64,000 nt of DNA from Candidatus Nanopelagicales bacterium (GCA_030827125.1 JAURFD010000003.1:65607-129606), one strand, 5' to 3'. Shown: positions 40,683 through 51,854, numbered from the stretch's first letter. Translations and numbers: made by a program. The notes: generated by a model from the letters alone, not told the origin.

Positions 40683-40900
40683 GTGCTGTGAGCGATGCAA
40701 CCTCCGCGGGCGACGAGCAGCCGACGTACGAGCAGGCCCGCGCGGCGCTCGCGGACATCGTCGCGAAGCTCGAGGCGGGTGACACCACTTTGGAAGAGGC
40801 GCTCGCGCTGTGGGAAGCCGGCGAGGAGTGGGCGCGTATCTGCACCGCGTGGCTTGATGGGGCCGAAGTGCGCCTCAGCCAGGAAGAGCCTCCGAACTGA
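40679..40900 (+). CDS. xseB: exodeoxyribonuclease VII small subunit
   Basis: 73 aa. The sequence YEQARAALADIVAKLEAGDTTLEEALALWEAGEEWARIC is typical of XseB. It has a 4-nt overlap with xseA. Confidence 0.9.
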   Translation: MSAVSDATSAGDEQPTYEQARAALADIVAKLEAGDTTLEEALALWEAGEEWARICTAWLDGAEVRLSQEEPPN

Positions 40901-41477
40901 GTCGATCGGCGAGGAACTGCAGCTCCTCCCAACTCGCCGTACCCCCGACGACCACCGTGACACCGCCAACGACGCGGACGAGCGACCGTTCGATGTCCCC
41001 CCGAGCGCCCGGGCCCTCGTAGCGCTGCCATTCGCCGCCGACCGACACGACCTCGCCACCGCCTGTCTGCTGAGCGATGTAGGACTCCGACTCCGAGGCT
41101 GACTGACCGATCTGCGCGTAGGTGTCGGCCGGCGTAACGAATCCGACATGCCACGCCGGGTCGGGATCGGACGCTTCGGTCACCGCCCAACGTGCGCTCG
41201 TGGGGCGCCAGGCGGCATCCAGATCAGCGGGATAGAGCACCGGGTACGGCGCCTCGATGCGCGCCTGGACAAGTACGGGGGTCGGATCGACGACCTTGAC
41301 GGCTTCGGGCTGCGGACGCCAGGTGAGCAGCAGCACGACGGCCACGGCGAGGAGTACCAGTGCCAGGGAGCGCACCATGTCCCAGACGGTTTGGCCCAGA
41401 CGCGCATTGCGACGGCCGGTCGGGCGCAACTCATCATCCTGCGGCGGCTGTGAGCGCGGTGCATCCGTGTCCGACAC
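40875..41477 (-). CDS. DUF4245 membrane-anchored protein
   Basis: Only the C-terminal ~200 codons of ORF 40875..42416 are plausible. They show a TM helix (SLALVLLAVAVVLLL) plus DUF4245-like sequence (YPVLYPADLDAAWRPTSARW). Start GTG is at 41477 or 41510. The rest of the ORF is antisense to glpX. Confidence 0.65.
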   Translation of the reverse strand: MSDTDAPRSQPPQDDELRPTGRRNARLGQTVWDMVRSLALVLLAVAVVLLLTWRPQPEAVKVVDPTPVLVQARIEAPYPVLYPADLDAAWRPTSARWAVTEASDPDPAWHVGFVTPADTYAQIGQSASESESYIAQQTGGGEVVSVGGEWQRYEGPGARGDIERSLVRVVGGVTVVVGGTASWEELQFLADRLSSEALPG

Positions 41478-41543
41478 GGGACCATCGTCCCTGATAGTCG
41501 TCTCCCGCACATCTTCGCGACCCTCCCGTGAGAGGGTCGCCCC

Positions 41544-42551
41544 ATGAGCAGCCCCGAACCTGAGGCCCCCGATCGCAACCTTGCCCTCGAACTCGTGCGC
41601 GTCACCGAGGCCGCGGCGATGGCCGCCGCTCGCTGGGTGGGTCGCGGAGACAAGAACGGTGCCGACGGCGCCGCCGTCAATGCCATGCGACAGCTCATCA
41701 GTGGCGTCTCGATGGACGGCGTCGTCGTCATTGGCGAGGGCGAGAAGGACGACGCCCCGATGCTCTTCAACGGGGAGGCCGTCGGTGACGGGACCGGTCC
41801 GGCCGTCGACGTGGCCGTCGATCCGATCGATGGCACGACGCTGTGCGCCAAGGGCATGTCCAACGCCATTGCCGTCCTCGCGGTGGCCGAGCGTGGCGCC
41901 ATGTATGACCCGAGTGCCGTCTTTTACATGCGCAAACTCGTCACCGGTCCCGAAGCCGCCGCGGTCGTCGACATCACGGCGCCGTGCGGTGAAAACCTGC
42001 GCCGCGTCGCAGCTGCCAAGGGGATGTCGATCCACGACCTCACCGTGTGCATCCTCGATCGTCCTCGACACGATGACCTGGTCACGGAAGTGCGAGAAGC
42101 GGGCGCACGCATCAAGTTCATCAGTGACGGTGACGTGGCCGGTGCCATCATGGCGATGCGCGAGGGCACCGGCGTCGATCTGCTCATGGGCATCGGTGGC
42201 ACTCCGGAAGGCATCATCACCGCGTGCGCCGTGAAATGTCTGGGCGGCACGATCCAGGGAATGCTGTGGCCGCGAGACGACGAAGAGCGCGAGCGCGCCA
42301 TCGCCGCCGGCCATGACCTTGACCGCGTGCTCACCACCGACGACCTTGTGACCGGCGACAACGTGTTCTTCTGCGCCACCGGCATTACCGATGGCGAACT
42401 CGTGCGCGGCGTTCACTACACCTCACACGGCGCGCAAACCCATTCGATCGTCATGCGCAGCAAGAGCGGCACCATTCGGCAGGTGTCCAGCGAGCACCGG
42501 CTCGACAAGTTGAGCCGGTACGCCGTCGTCGACTTCAGCAGCGCCCGCTAG
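41544..42551 (+). CDS. glpX: class II fructose-1,6-bisphosphatase
   Basis: The sequence [34 protein letters not shown]...DPIDGTT...GIGGTPEG shows GlpX family features. Confidence 0.95.
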   Translation: MSSPEPEAPDRNLALELVRVTEAAAMAAARWVGRGDKNGADGAAVNAMRQLISGVSMDGVVVIGEGEKDDAPMLFNGEAVGDGTGPAVDVAVDPIDGTTLCAKGMSNAIAVLAVAERGAMYDPSAVFYMRKLVTGPEAAAVVDITAPCGENLRRVAAAKGMSIHDLTVCILDRPRHDDLVTEVREAGARIKFISDGDVAGAIMAMREGTGVDLLMGIGGTPEGIITACAVKCLGGTIQGMLWPRDDEERERAIAAGHDLDRVLTTDDLVTGDNVFFCATGITDGELVRGVHYTSHGAQTHSIVMRSKSGTIRQVSSEHRLDKLSRYAVVDFSSAR

Positions 42552-42567
42552 ACCCCCTCGCCGAGTG

Positions 42568-43524
42568 CTACAAAGAGGCGTCGACCTCGGCGCGGGTTGG
42601 CGGTTGAGCGCCCTCCCGCGAGCACGTGATGGCAGCCGCCGCCACGGCCCGCTCCAAGATCTCGCGCACCTGATCGTCGCTGAGCGCCGACAGATCTCCC
42701 CCGAGTACGCCGGCATCACCGAGACCGACGAGCAGGGCCGCGGAGATCGTGTCACCGGCGCCGACCGTGTCCGCCACCGTCACCGAGCGCCCCGGCACCT
42801 CGATCACGTCGTGGCCGTGCCGCCAGGCCGCCACCCCATTCGGTCCCCGTGTGAGTACGACGAGTCCCGGGCCTGCCTCTATCCACCGGGCGCACATCTC
42901 CTCGGGCGTGCGATCGGGGTAGAGGTAGTGCAGGTCCTCGTCACTCACCTTCACAACGTCGCTCGCAGCAACAAACGCCTCGACGTGCGCCCGCATCTCC
43001 TCTCGCGGGATCGTGCCCGGTCGGGCATTCGGGTCATAGCTCAACGTCAGGTCACCGGCGTCGGCAGCAGCCCGCCAGGCCGCGATGAGGTCGTCGACCC
43101 CGGTCCCAAGCCAGCTCACCAGGGATCCGGTGTGCCAGGCACGAGCTCCCGCCGAGCGCGCGGCACCCAGGGCCTCGTCGAGATCAGCCGCGTTCCAGCG
43201 CAGGTCGGGTGCCGTCTCGTAGTAGAAGGCGTACTGCACCGACCCATCGGCGTTGCGGGTGCACACGGCGAGCAGGCTCGACCCGTCACGGCGCAGGATG
43301 CCCGCGGTCGGCAGGCCGTTGTCCGCAATCGCCTGGTCGAGCAGTTCGGCGAGCCCGTCGTTGGCGGAACGACCGAGCAGCACAGCCTGAGCGCCCAGAC
43401 GCTGGATGCCGAGCGCCACATTGGCCGGGGATCCGCCCGCCACGGCACGGTAGGCCGCCGGGTCCTCACCGGGGACGAGGTCAACGATGCGTTCGCCGAG
43501 GACGGCGATGGCGGGAGAGGTCAC
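42568..43524 (-). CDS. PfkB-family carbohydrate kinase (fructokinase-like)
   Basis: It carries GGSPANVA near the N-terminus and DTVGAGD near the C-terminus. The GTG at 43524 was chosen to avoid overlap with the fumarase gene. Confidence 0.85.
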   Translation of the reverse strand: MTSPAIAVLGERIVDLVPGEDPAAYRAVAGGSPANVALGIQRLGAQAVLLGRSANDGLAELLDQAIADNGLPTAGILRRDGSSLLAVCTRNADGSVQYAFYYETAPDLRWNAADLDEALGAARSAGARAWHTGSLVSWLGTGVDDLIAAWRAAADAGDLTLSYDPNARPGTIPREEMRAHVEAFVAASDVVKVSDEDLHYLYPDRTPEEMCARWIEAGPGLVVLTRGPNGVAAWRHGHDVIEVPGRSVTVADTVGAGDTISAALLVGLGDAGVLGGDLSALSDDQVREILERAVAAAAITCSREGAQPPTRAEVDASL

Positions 43525-43566
43525 GGCGCCGACCGTACCGGAGGGGGACCGGCCTAGGCTGGCTTC

Positions 43567-45231
43567 ATGGCTGACTTCACCTACGCCGATATGCTCCCCC
43601 TCGGACCGGATACGACGACGTACCGGCTCATCACGACCGATGGCATTCGCGTGGTCGAGGGTGCGGGGCGATCCTTCCTCGAGGTCGATCCCGAGGTACT
43701 GCGGCTGCTCACCTTCGAGGCGATCCGCGACATATCGCATCTGCTGCGGCCCGGGCACCTCGAACAACTGCGCGCGATCATCGACGACCCTGAGGCCAGC
43801 CCCAACGATCGCTTCGTCGCCCTCGATCTGCTGAAGAACGCAAACGTGTCAGCGGGCGGTGTGCTGCCGATGTGCCAGGACACCGGCACGGCGATCGTCA
43901 TGGGCAAGCGCGGCCAGCACGTCCTCACCCAGGGACCGGATGAATCAGCGATCAGCCGCGGAGTCTTCGACGCGTTCGCACAACTCAACCTGCGCTACTC
44001 GCAGATGGCGCCGCTGACCATGTGGGATGAGCGCAATACCGGCACGAATCTCCCCGCACAGATTGAGCTCTATGCCGACACCAAACCAGGCCACGAAACC
44101 ATCTATGAGCTGCTGTACATGGCCAAGGGCGGCGGCTCTGCGAACAAGAGTTTCCTTTTCCAAGAGACCAAGGCGCTTCTCACGCCCGAACGCTTCCGCA
44201 CCTTCCTCGACACGGCCCTGCGCTCGCTCGGGACCGCGGCGTGCCCGCCGTACCACCTGGCCATCGTCGTCGGCGGCACCAGCGCGGAGTTCGCTCTCAA
44301 GACCGCGAAGTACGCCAGCGCACGCTACCTCGACTCTCTCCCCGTCCACGGGTCCATGGATGCCCACGGCTTCCGCGACCTCGAGATGGAGGCCGAGGTC
44401 CTTGAGATGACGCGACACTTCGGCATCGGCGCTCAGTTCGGCGGCAAGTACTTCTGCCACGACGTACGCGTCATCCGACTACCGCGGCACGGCGCCTCAT
44501 TGCCGGTGGCCATCGCGGTTTCCTGTTCAGCCGACCGTCAGGCGCTCGCTCGCATCACTGCCGAGGGTGCCTTCCTTGAGCAACTCGAGCGCGATCCCGC
44601 GCATTACCTCCCCGATGTCGAGCACGACGACGAGGCTGAAGCGATCCAGGTCGATCTCAATCGCCCGATGGACGAGATCCGCAACCAACTGTCGACCCTG
44701 CCGGTCAAGACGCGGGTCTCGCTCACCGGGCCGCTCGTTGTCGCGCGCGACATCGCGCATGCGCGGATCAAGGAGATGCTCGACCGCGGCGAGCCAATGC
44801 CGGCGTACCTGCGCGATCACGCCGTCTATTACGCCGGGCCCGCGAAGACACCCGAGGGGATGCCGTCCGGGTCATTCGGCCCGACCACGGCTGGGCGAAT
44901 GGATGCGTACGTCGATGAGTTCCAGAAGGCCGGTGGTTCATTCGTGATGCTGGCCAAGGGCAATCGGAGTCCGGCGGTCACCAAGGCTTGCCAGGAGAAC
45001 GGCGGCTTCTACCTCGGTTCGATCGGTGGCCCGGCCGCGATTCTCGCCCAGGACAACATTCGCTCCGTCGAGGTCATCGACTTCCCCGAGCTGGGCATGG
45101 AGGCGGTGTGGAAGATCGACGTTGTCGACTTCCCGGCGTTCGTGGTGGTCGACGACAAGGGAAATGACTTCTTCGAGGACACGTTGCGACCTATGGCGCT
45201 GACGATCCCCGTCGGTCCCCCGAAGGAGTAG
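43567..45231 (+). CDS. class I (Fe-S dependent) fumarate hydratase
   Basis: 554 aa fused alpha/beta-type hydrolyase with [11 protein letters not shown] and a C-terminal GPTTAGRMD...KGNRS. Confidence 0.95.
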   Translation: MADFTYADMLPLGPDTTTYRLITTDGIRVVEGAGRSFLEVDPEVLRLLTFEAIRDISHLLRPGHLEQLRAIIDDPEASPNDRFVALDLLKNANVSAGGVLPMCQDTGTAIVMGKRGQHVLTQGPDESAISRGVFDAFAQLNLRYSQMAPLTMWDERNTGTNLPAQIELYADTKPGHETIYELLYMAKGGGSANKSFLFQETKALLTPERFRTFLDTALRSLGTAACPPYHLAIVVGGTSAEFALKTAKYASARYLDSLPVHGSMDAHGFRDLEMEAEVLEMTRHFGIGAQFGGKYFCHDVRVIRLPRHGASLPVAIAVSCSADRQALARITAEGAFLEQLERDPAHYLPDVEHDDEAEAIQVDLNRPMDEIRNQLSTLPVKTRVSLTGPLVVARDIAHARIKEMLDRGEPMPAYLRDHAVYYAGPAKTPEGMPSGSFGPTTAGRMDAYVDEFQKAGGSFVMLAKGNRSPAVTKACQENGGFYLGSIGGPAAILAQDNIRSVEVIDFPELGMEAVWKIDVVDFPAFVVVDDKGNDFFEDTLRPMALTIPVGPPKE

Positions 45232-45237
45232 CGGGCT

Positions 45238-46296
45238 CTAATACCAGCCGTTGGACTGCCAGAAACTCCACGCCTTGGACGGTGAGCCATAGCGCTGCTT
45301 GATGTACGCCGTACCGACCCTGACCTGGATACGCGGTGACGACATGTACTGCTTCACCGTGTAGCCCTGGTCGTTGATGAAGCCGCCGGTCACCTGCGCG
45401 AGGCCGTACCAGGGGCCGTTCGGATGATTGTTGACGACCTCGTAGCGCCAATTGCTCTCGCGCCACCACATGTTCTTCAGCGCAGTGAACTCCGACCGAT
45501 CCCAGCCGTACTTCTTGGCGATGTACGTGCGGGCGATCTTCTTGCTGTTGGCCGGGGTGCCGGTCGCCGCGCGGCTGGACTTCGTCGTGGAGTCCGAGGC
45601 GCCCGAATTCGATCCGGTCCGGTCGCCGGCGCTGCGCTCGAGCGCGGTGTAGTTCCAGTGGTCAGCGCTCGGCCAGCCACTCTCCTTGTTGGGTCGGTGA
45701 TCGCAGTACCAATTGCCACCGGACCAGTTGGAGTAGCCCGCGCCGTTGTCGAAGATCGTCCAGAATGCGGCGTCCTGCCAGAAGCGCGGCCAGGAACTGA
45801 TGCGCATGCCCGCGAGCCTGTTGAGTTGCCCCACGCCCGCGTTGCCGTAGACGGCCGAGATCTCGGGCTTGAGCCGAGTAATGATCGTGTTGGCCCAGAA
45901 GGGTCCGAACTGGTAGGCGCCCTGGTAGTAGGAGTTCAGGTCGTAGTTGCCGCCGGACTCCCGCTGAACTACACAGAGGCGGTACTGCTCGAGGCGCTTG
46001 TCGTAGTACTTGCCGGTGTAGGTGCTCAGCCGGTAGCCCTTCATGTCCTTGGCCTCGTCCGTGGTCCACGGCGCATCGCCGAGATCGGGCGGGTTGGGCA
46101 CCTTGGGCTGTCGCTGGTTGGTCGGCAGCTCGGCATCGCGCTTGCTCGCCGGAGTCACGACGACGCTGGCCGATCCGCTCGTCGACTCCGCCGCGGGGGC
46201 GGCAGCGACGGCCGCCGTCGCCAAGGGCGCGACGGAGAGGGCCAGGGTCGCGGAGACTGCCAACGGCCAGGTCCAGGTACGCTTGAGCACCCCCAT
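45238..46296 (-). CDS. secreted protein with two transglycosylase-like domains
   Basis: A signal peptide is present (WPLAVSATLALSVAPLATAAVAAAPA). The first domain is Rpf/transglycosylase-like (QRESGGNY...GAYQF). The second is a C-terminal SLT-like domain (WRESNW...YGLAQV) ending in ...WSFWQSNGWY. Confidence 0.7.
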   Translation of the reverse strand: MGVLKRTWTWPLAVSATLALSVAPLATAAVAAAPAAESTSGSASVVVTPASKRDAELPTNQRQPKVPNPPDLGDAPWTTDEAKDMKGYRLSTYTGKYYDKRLEQYRLCVVQRESGGNYDLNSYYQGAYQFGPFWANTIITRLKPEISAVYGNAGVGQLNRLAGMRISSWPRFWQDAAFWTIFDNGAGYSNWSGGNWYCDHRPNKESGWPSADHWNYTALERSAGDRTGSNSGASDSTTKSSRAATGTPANSKKIARTYIAKKYGWDRSEFTALKNMWWRESNWRYEVVNNHPNGPWYGLAQVTGGFINDQGYTVKQYMSSPRIQVRVGTAYIKQRYGSPSKAWSFWQSNGWY

Positions 46297-46438
46297 ACGG
46301 TGCCCAACGATCGGCCAAATGTCACGCGGAGGTCACGAATATCCCAGGATTGTCATTCGCCCATATCGGGTAAATCGTACGGATTTTTGACGACCCATGG
46401 GGGCAAAAAAGTGATCTACCTCACAGTGAATTTTCGGC

Positions 46439-47761
46439 TCAGACGGGCAGATCTTCCAGCATCTCGGTGACCAGCGCGGCGATCGGCGAGCGCTCCGATC
46501 GGGTCAGGGTGACGTGCGCAAAGAGGGGGTGCCCCTTGAGCCGTTCGACGACCGCCACGACTCCGTCATGGCGCCCGACCCGCAGGTTGTCGCGCTGCCC
46601 GACATCGTGTGTGAGCACCACCCGGGAGTCTCGCCCGATCCGCGACAGCACAGTGAGCAGGACATTGCGCTCCAAGGACTGTGCCTCGTCGACGATGACG
46701 AACGCATCGTGCAAGGACCGGCCGCGGATGTGGGTGAGGGGCAGGACCTCGAGCATTCCGCGGTCGAGGACCTCCTCCACCACCTCGGAGGTGGTGACCG
46801 AACCGAGGGTGTCGAAGACCGCCTGGGCCCAGGGCGACATCTTCTCGTTCTCTGTGCCGGGCAAGTAGCCCAGATCCTGCCCACCCACGGCATAGAGCGG
46901 CCGGAAGACGACCACCTTGCGGTGCTGTCGGCGTTCCAGGACGGCCTCAAGGCCCGCGCACAGCGCGAGGGCGCTCTTGCCCGTGCCGGCGCGACCACCG
47001 AGAGACACGATGCCCACGTCGGGGTCGAGCAGGATGTCGAGCGCGATCCGCTGCTCAGCACTGCGGCCATGCAGTCCGAACGCCTCGCGATCCCCACGCA
47101 CCAGTCGGACCCGCTTGTCCGGTGTGATTCGGCCGAGGGCACTGCCCCGGTCCGACACCATGACCAGTCCGGTGTGGCAGGGCAGGTCACGGGCCACATC
47201 GAGGTCGATGACGTTCTCGTCGTACAACTCATCGACGATCTCAGCGGCGACGTCAATCTCGCTCATCCCGGTCCAGCCGGACTCGACGACGAGTTCAGCG
47301 AGGTACTCCTCCGCCGGCAGACCGACCGCCGACGCCTTGACGCGCATCGGCAGGTCCTTGCTCACCAGGACGACATCGCAGCCTTCGGCCGCGAGATTGC
47401 GCGCCACCGCGAGGATGCGGCTGTCGTTGTCGCCGAGCTGGAAGCCGCTGGGGAGGACGGATTGATCAGTGTGGTTCAACTCCACGCGCACCGTGCCGCC
47501 GGAGTCGCCCACGGGCAGGGGTTCGTCGAGCCGGCCATGGGTGACGCGCAGGTCATCGAGCAGCCGCAATGCCGACCGGGCGAAGTAGCCGAGTTCGGGA
47601 TGTGTGCGCTTGGCCTCCAATTCGGTGACCACCACTACCGGGACGACGACCTCGTGCTCATCGAAGCGCAGCAGCGCGTGCGGATCGGAAAGGAGGACGG
47701 AGGTGTCGAGGACATAGGTGCGGTGAGCGGGGCGGCGGGAACGGCTACGCGCAGCGGCCAC
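46439..47761 (-). CDS. phoH2: PIN-domain / PhoH-like ATPase fusion (PhoH2)
   Basis: It has an N-terminal PIN domain ([12 protein letters not shown]), Walker [13 protein letters not shown] and Walker B FVIVDEAQ. The GTG at 47761 is preceded by GGAGA and is preferred; the ORF-track start is 47797. Confidence 0.9.
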   Translation of the reverse strand: MAAARSRSRRPAHRTYVLDTSVLLSDPHALLRFDEHEVVVPVVVVTELEAKRTHPELGYFARSALRLLDDLRVTHGRLDEPLPVGDSGGTVRVELNHTDQSVLPSGFQLGDNDSRILAVARNLAAEGCDVVLVSKDLPMRVKASAVGLPAEEYLAELVVESGWTGMSEIDVAAEIVDELYDENVIDLDVARDLPCHTGLVMVSDRGSALGRITPDKRVRLVRGDREAFGLHGRSAEQRIALDILLDPDVGIVSLGGRAGTGKSALALCAGLEAVLERRQHRKVVVFRPLYAVGGQDLGYLPGTENEKMSPWAQAVFDTLGSVTTSEVVEEVLDRGMLEVLPLTHIRGRSLHDAFVIVDEAQSLERNVLLTVLSRIGRDSRVVLTHDVGQRDNLRVGRHDGVVAVVERLKGHPLFAHVTLTRSERSPIAALVTEMLEDLPV

Positions 47762-47921
47762 GAAGTCTCCTAGCCGGCGCGTCGCACGGCGGCGCACCGT
47801 GTCCAGCGGGCCGACCGGGTGCCGACCCGATATCGAACGACACTAGGCGGGCGCGGGGGTCCGTCCATCGCGCCACGCCGGGACGACAGGTGAATTACCG
47901 ATGACCGTGAACCGCTAATCC

Positions 47922-47970
47922 GTTCTTTCGTCAGATCAGCAGGCTGAGCCCGGACATGTGACGAAAGAAC
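47922..47970. promoter_or_regulatory. 12-bp perfect inverted repeat between uppS and phoH2
   Basis: GTTCTTTCGTCA (47922-47933) pairs with TGACGAAAGAAC (47959-47970) across a 25-nt spacer, 14 nt after the uppS stop. It is either a terminator hairpin or an operator. Confidence 0.5.
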
Positions 47971-47983
47971 CCGAGCAAGCCGG

Positions 47984-48745
47984 CTAGACGCCGAAGCGAC
48001 GCTGCCGAGCGGCGTAGGCCCGCAGCGCCCGCAGGAAGTCCACGTGCCGGAAGTCCGGCCAGTAGGCCTCGCAGAAGTAGAACTCCGAGTGGGCGCTTTG
48101 CCACAGGAGGAATCCGGACAGGCGCTGCTCCCCCGACGTCCTAATGACCAGGTCAGGGTCGGGCTGACCGCGCGTGTAGAGATGCTCACCGATGTTCTCG
48201 ACGTCGATACGGGCCGCGACCTCATCCAGGGACTCACCACGTTGGGCGCTCTCCACGAGATAGGCGCGTACGGCGTCCACGACCTCACGGCGACCGCCGT
48301 AGCCGACCGCCACGTTGACCCAGATGCCGTCGACGTCCGCGGTCGACTCGGCCGCATCCTTCAGCAATCGGGCCGTGTGGTCCGGGAGTAGGTCCAGGGC
48401 TCCCATGGGGTGAATGCGCCAGCGCCGGGTCTGGGCCAGGTCGGTCACCGTCTGTTCGATGATCGCCTGGAGTTTCGCGAGCTCATCGGCCGGACGGGAC
48501 AGGTTGTCGGTGGAGAGCAGCCACAAGGTGACGACCTCGACGCCCGCCTCCTCGCACCAGCCGAGGAACTCCACGATCTTCGCGGCCCCGGCCCGATGTC
48601 CGACGTCGCTGGCCGATCCCTGGCTGGTGGCCCAGCGCCGGTTGCCATCGAGGATCACACCCACGTGGCGCGGCAGCCGGTCCGCGGGGATCTGCCGCCG
48701 AAGCCGACGCTCGTACGCGCCGTAGACAAGGTCGGACAGTCCCAC
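47984..48745 (-). CDS. uppS: cis-isoprenyl diphosphate synthase (UppS family)
   Basis: The sequence HVGVILDGNRRWA...TLWLLSTDN...RTSGEQRLSGFLLWQSAHSEF is present. Whether it is the Z-FPP or the decaprenyl/undecaprenyl enzyme cannot be determined. Confidence 0.9.
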   Translation of the reverse strand: MGLSDLVYGAYERRLRRQIPADRLPRHVGVILDGNRRWATSQGSASDVGHRAGAAKIVEFLGWCEEAGVEVVTLWLLSTDNLSRPADELAKLQAIIEQTVTDLAQTRRWRIHPMGALDLLPDHTARLLKDAAESTADVDGIWVNVAVGYGGRREVVDAVRAYLVESAQRGESLDEVAARIDVENIGEHLYTRGQPDPDLVIRTSGEQRLSGFLLWQSAHSEFYFCEAYWPDFRHVDFLRALRAYAARQRRFGV

Positions 48746-48799
48746 GAGGCCAAGGCTAGACCGAGAGACCGGCTCATCCGGGCAGGTCAGGGCAACCGG

Positions 48800-50854
48800 T
48801 CACCGCGGGGGCTGGACAGCGAGCACGGCCGAGGCGACCTGCTCCTCACCGGTGACGGGGGCGTCACAGGTGAAGTGCTGGCAGACGTAGACCGCCGAAC
48901 CCCCGCTAACAAGGCCGCGATCGGCTAGGAGCGGGACGGTGGACCCGGGGGTGCCGACCGCCACGGCGGCTCCTGGTGACGTCCCCATGAGGGCCACACG
49001 GTGCAGCCGGTCCCGGACCGGATCCTCGACCTCCCCGACGACGGCCACCTCTAGCGGGCCCACGATCAAGGCGGTGGCCGCCGCCAGTCCCCAGCCCACA
49101 GCGCGCGGGGCCGGGGTCGAGTACGCCGACACGATGCACAGGGCGGACTCGGCGGACTCGCGGTAGCGAGCATTGCCGGTGAGGGCCGAGGCGGTGAGCA
49201 GAGCCTGCGCGGCGGCCAGCCAGCCCGAGGGAGTGGCGGTGTCGGACGGGTCCCGTGGCCGCAGGACGAGTCGCTCGGCATCGTCGGCTGTGTCGTAGAA
49301 GCCGCCCTCACCATCCGCGAAATGATCGAGGGTCGTCTCGAGGAGCAGTTCGGCGACGGCCAACCACTCCTCCTCCCCGGTAACGGAGTAAAGGGTGAGG
49401 AGACCTTCGGCGACGTCGGCGTAATCCTCGAGGACGCCCGCGGTGTTGCCCGCACGCCCGTCACGCGATGTGCGGATGAGTCGGCCGTGGTCATCGAGGT
49501 GCACGGCGAGCAGCAGATCGGCGGCGCGACGAGCGGCATCAATCCACCGCGGTTGGTCCAGGAGCGCACCAGCCTCGGCGAGGGCGGCGATCATGAGGCC
49601 GTTCCAGGCGGCCACCACCTTGTCATCCCGGTCCGGTGGCACCCGGTGCTGGCGTGCGCCCAGCAGAGCGGCGCGCACGCGGCCGTAGCGCAGCAGGTCG
49701 TCGGGCTCCTCCAGCAACTGCAGGGTCGACGAGCCGTGCTCGAAGGTGCCGCGCTCAGTGACGGTGAAGACGCTCGCCGCCCAGCGACCGTCAGCCTCAC
49801 CGAGGACCTCAGTGAGTTGCTGCGGCGTCCACACGTAGTAGCGACCCTCCTCGCCCTCGCTATCGGCGTCATAGGCCGCGGCGAATCCGCCCTCCGGCGT
49901 ACTCATCTCGCGCAGACAGAACTCGGCGGTCTCGCGGACGATGCGTTCGGCCAGCGGGTGTCCGGTGAGCCGCCACCAATGGAGGTAGACGCGCAAGAGC
50001 AGCGCATTGTCGTAGAGCATCTTTTCGAAGTGCGGCACCACCCAGGCGTCGTCGACGGCGTAGCGAGCGAAGCCTCCTCCGATCTGGTCGTAGATGCCGC
50101 CGCGTGCCATGGCCTCGCAGGTACCGGCGAGCATGTTGAGCGCTTGTCCATCCGCTGTGCGCGCGGCATGGCGGGCGAGGAATTCCAACAGCATGGACGG
50201 CGGGAACTTAGGGGCGCGACCGAAGCCACCGCGTGACGCGTCATACGAAGCAGCGAGCGCAGTCACAGCAGCGTCGAGTTGCTCAGCGCTCGGCGGCGCC
50301 TCCCCCGGTTGGATCCGTCGATCACGATCGGCCAGGGCCCCGGTGATGCGCCCGGCGGCGGCATCAAGGTCGCCACGGCGATCGCGCCAGGACTCGGCAA
50401 TGGCGCCGAGGATCTGCGGGAACGACGGCATGCCGTGTCGCGGTTCAGGGGGGAAGTAGGTGCCCGCATAGAAGGGGCGCCCGTCACTATCGGTGAAAAC
50501 GCTCATCGGCCAGCCTCCGCGGCCGGTCAGGGCGGTCGTCGCATCCATGTAGACGGCATCGACATCCGGGCGCTCCTCGCGGTCCACCTTGATGCTGACG
50601 AAGTGGTCGTTGAGTATGGAGGCCGTCGCCGGATCCTCGAACGATTCATGTGCCATGACGTGGCACCAGTGGCAGGCGGAATACCCGACCGAGACGAAGA
50701 CCGGCACGTCGCGACGACGGGCCTCGGCGAAGGCCTCCTCGCCCCACTCCCACCAGTCCACGGGGTTGTCCGCGTGCTGCTGGAGATAGGGCGAGGTCGA
50801 CTGCGCCAGACGGTTCGTCACGGCACCATCCTGCCGCCGTCGGACGGCAGGCAC
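48800..50854 (-). CDS. thioredoxin-domain protein, DUF255/YyaL family
   Basis: It has an N-terminal [22 protein letters not shown]...[11 protein letters not shown] and a C-terminal (alpha/alpha)6-like region. Confidence 0.9.
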   Translation of the reverse strand: MPAVRRRQDGAVTNRLAQSTSPYLQQHADNPVDWWEWGEEAFAEARRRDVPVFVSVGYSACHWCHVMAHESFEDPATASILNDHFVSIKVDREERPDVDAVYMDATTALTGRGGWPMSVFTDSDGRPFYAGTYFPPEPRHGMPSFPQILGAIAESWRDRRGDLDAAAGRITGALADRDRRIQPGEAPPSAEQLDAAVTALAASYDASRGGFGRAPKFPPSMLLEFLARHAARTADGQALNMLAGTCEAMARGGIYDQIGGGFARYAVDDAWVVPHFEKMLYDNALLLRVYLHWWRLTGHPLAERIVRETAEFCLREMSTPEGGFAAAYDADSEGEEGRYYVWTPQQLTEVLGEADGRWAASVFTVTERGTFEHGSSTLQLLEEPDDLLRYGRVRAALLGARQHRVPPDRDDKVVAAWNGLMIAALAEAGALLDQPRWIDAARRAADLLLAVHLDDHGRLIRTSRDGRAGNTAGVLEDYADVAEGLLTLYSVTGEEEWLAVAELLLETTLDHFADGEGGFYDTADDAERLVLRPRDPSDTATPSGWLAAAQALLTASALTGNARYRESAESALCIVSAYSTPAPRAVGWGLAAATALIVGPLEVAVVGEVEDPVRDRLHRVALMGTSPGAAVAVGTPGSTVPLLADRGLVSGGSAVYVCQHFTCDAPVTGEEQVASAVLAVQPPR

Positions 50855-50889
50855 GAGCCGAGGTCACTCGACTGTCTAGGCTCTCCCCC

Positions 50890-51789
50890 ATGTCCGCAGC
50901 ATCTGCACCGACTCGCGTCGCCTACCAGGGCGAGCCCGGTTCGAACTCCGACGCTGCCTGCCGGGCGGTCTACCCGGACTTGACGGCCGTGCCGTGCGCG
51001 ACCTTTGAAGATGTCTTCTTCGCCATGGCCGAGGGCGACGTCGACCTGGCGATGATTCCGGTCGAGAACTCCATCGCCGGTCGCGTCGCCGACATCCACC
51101 ACCTGCTTCCGGAGTCCGATCTCCACATCGTCGGTGAGTACTTCATGCCGATTCACTTCCAGTTGATGGCGCTCCCGGGGACCCGGGTCGAAGACATCGA
51201 GGTCGTCCGGTCCCACGCTCACGCCTTGGGCCAGTGCCGCCGACTCATCCGAGAGCATGGCTGGCGGGCGATCGTCGCGGACGACACCGCTGGGGCGGCG
51301 CGCGAGGTGGCGCAAGCCGATGACCCGAAGGTTGCTGCCCTGGCACCGCGGCTGGCTGCCGAGCTCTACGGCTTGGAGATCCTCGCGGAAGACGTGGAAG
51401 ACGAACATCACAACACCACACGCTTCCTCGTGCTGTCGCGTGGTCCCGCTGATGCACCCGCCGGCAACGGCCCCGTCATTACGACGTTCGTGTTTCGCGT
51501 CCGCAACGTGCCCGCCGCGCTCTACAAGGCGATGGGTGGTTTTGCCACGAACGGCGTCAACATGACGAAGTTGGAGAGTTATCAGCTCGGCGGCACGTTC
51601 TTCGCCACGCAGTTCTACGCCGACGTCGAGGGCCACCCCGAGGATCAGCCGCTGCGTTTGGCTTTCGAGGAGCTCGCGTTCTTCTCGGCGTACCTGCGGG
51701 TTCTCGGCACCTACCCCGCCAGCCCGTTCCGTGCCGAGATTGCTGAGCCGGCGGCCAACCGCGAGTTGCGCCCCGAGTCACCCGAGTAG
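50890..51789 (+). CDS. pheA: prephenate dehydratase
   Basis: The sequence VAYQGEPGSNSD...IENSIAGRV...NTTRFLVL is present, plus a C-terminal ACT domain. Confidence 0.9.
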   Translation: MSAASAPTRVAYQGEPGSNSDAACRAVYPDLTAVPCATFEDVFFAMAEGDVDLAMIPVENSIAGRVADIHHLLPESDLHIVGEYFMPIHFQLMALPGTRVEDIEVVRSHAHALGQCRRLIREHGWRAIVADDTAGAAREVAQADDPKVAALAPRLAAELYGLEILAEDVEDEHHNTTRFLVLSRGPADAPAGNGPVITTFVFRVRNVPAALYKAMGGFATNGVNMTKLESYQLGGTFFATQFYADVEGHPEDQPLRLAFEELAFFSAYLRVLGTYPASPFRAEIAEPAANRELRPESPE

Positions 51790-51804
51790 CCACCCCCACG
51801 GTTT

Positions 51805-51854
51805 CCGACTGTCATGGTTTGTTTCGTCGCGGCGGAAGCAACCATGACGGTCGG
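51805..51854. terminator. bidirectional hairpin between pheA and the SMR gene
   Basis: A 15-bp stem (one G-U pair) pairs CCGACTGTCATGGTT with AACCATGACGGTCGG around a 20-nt loop, between convergent stops. Confidence 0.6.

Noticed and set aside
41478-42416. The upstream two-thirds of the 513-aa minus-strand ORF 40875..42416.
   Set aside because: This part is antisense to glpX, which has unmistakable family sequence. Only the last ~200 codons (TM helix plus DUF4245-like region) look like a real protein.
46297-46438. A possible c-di-AMP (ydaO-type) riboswitch upstream of the transglycosylase-like gene.
   Set aside because: Reading the minus strand, I could not find the conserved ydaO core elements (paired ACGGGG/CCCG-type segments with pseudo-twofold symmetry). 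AT-richness alone is not evidence.
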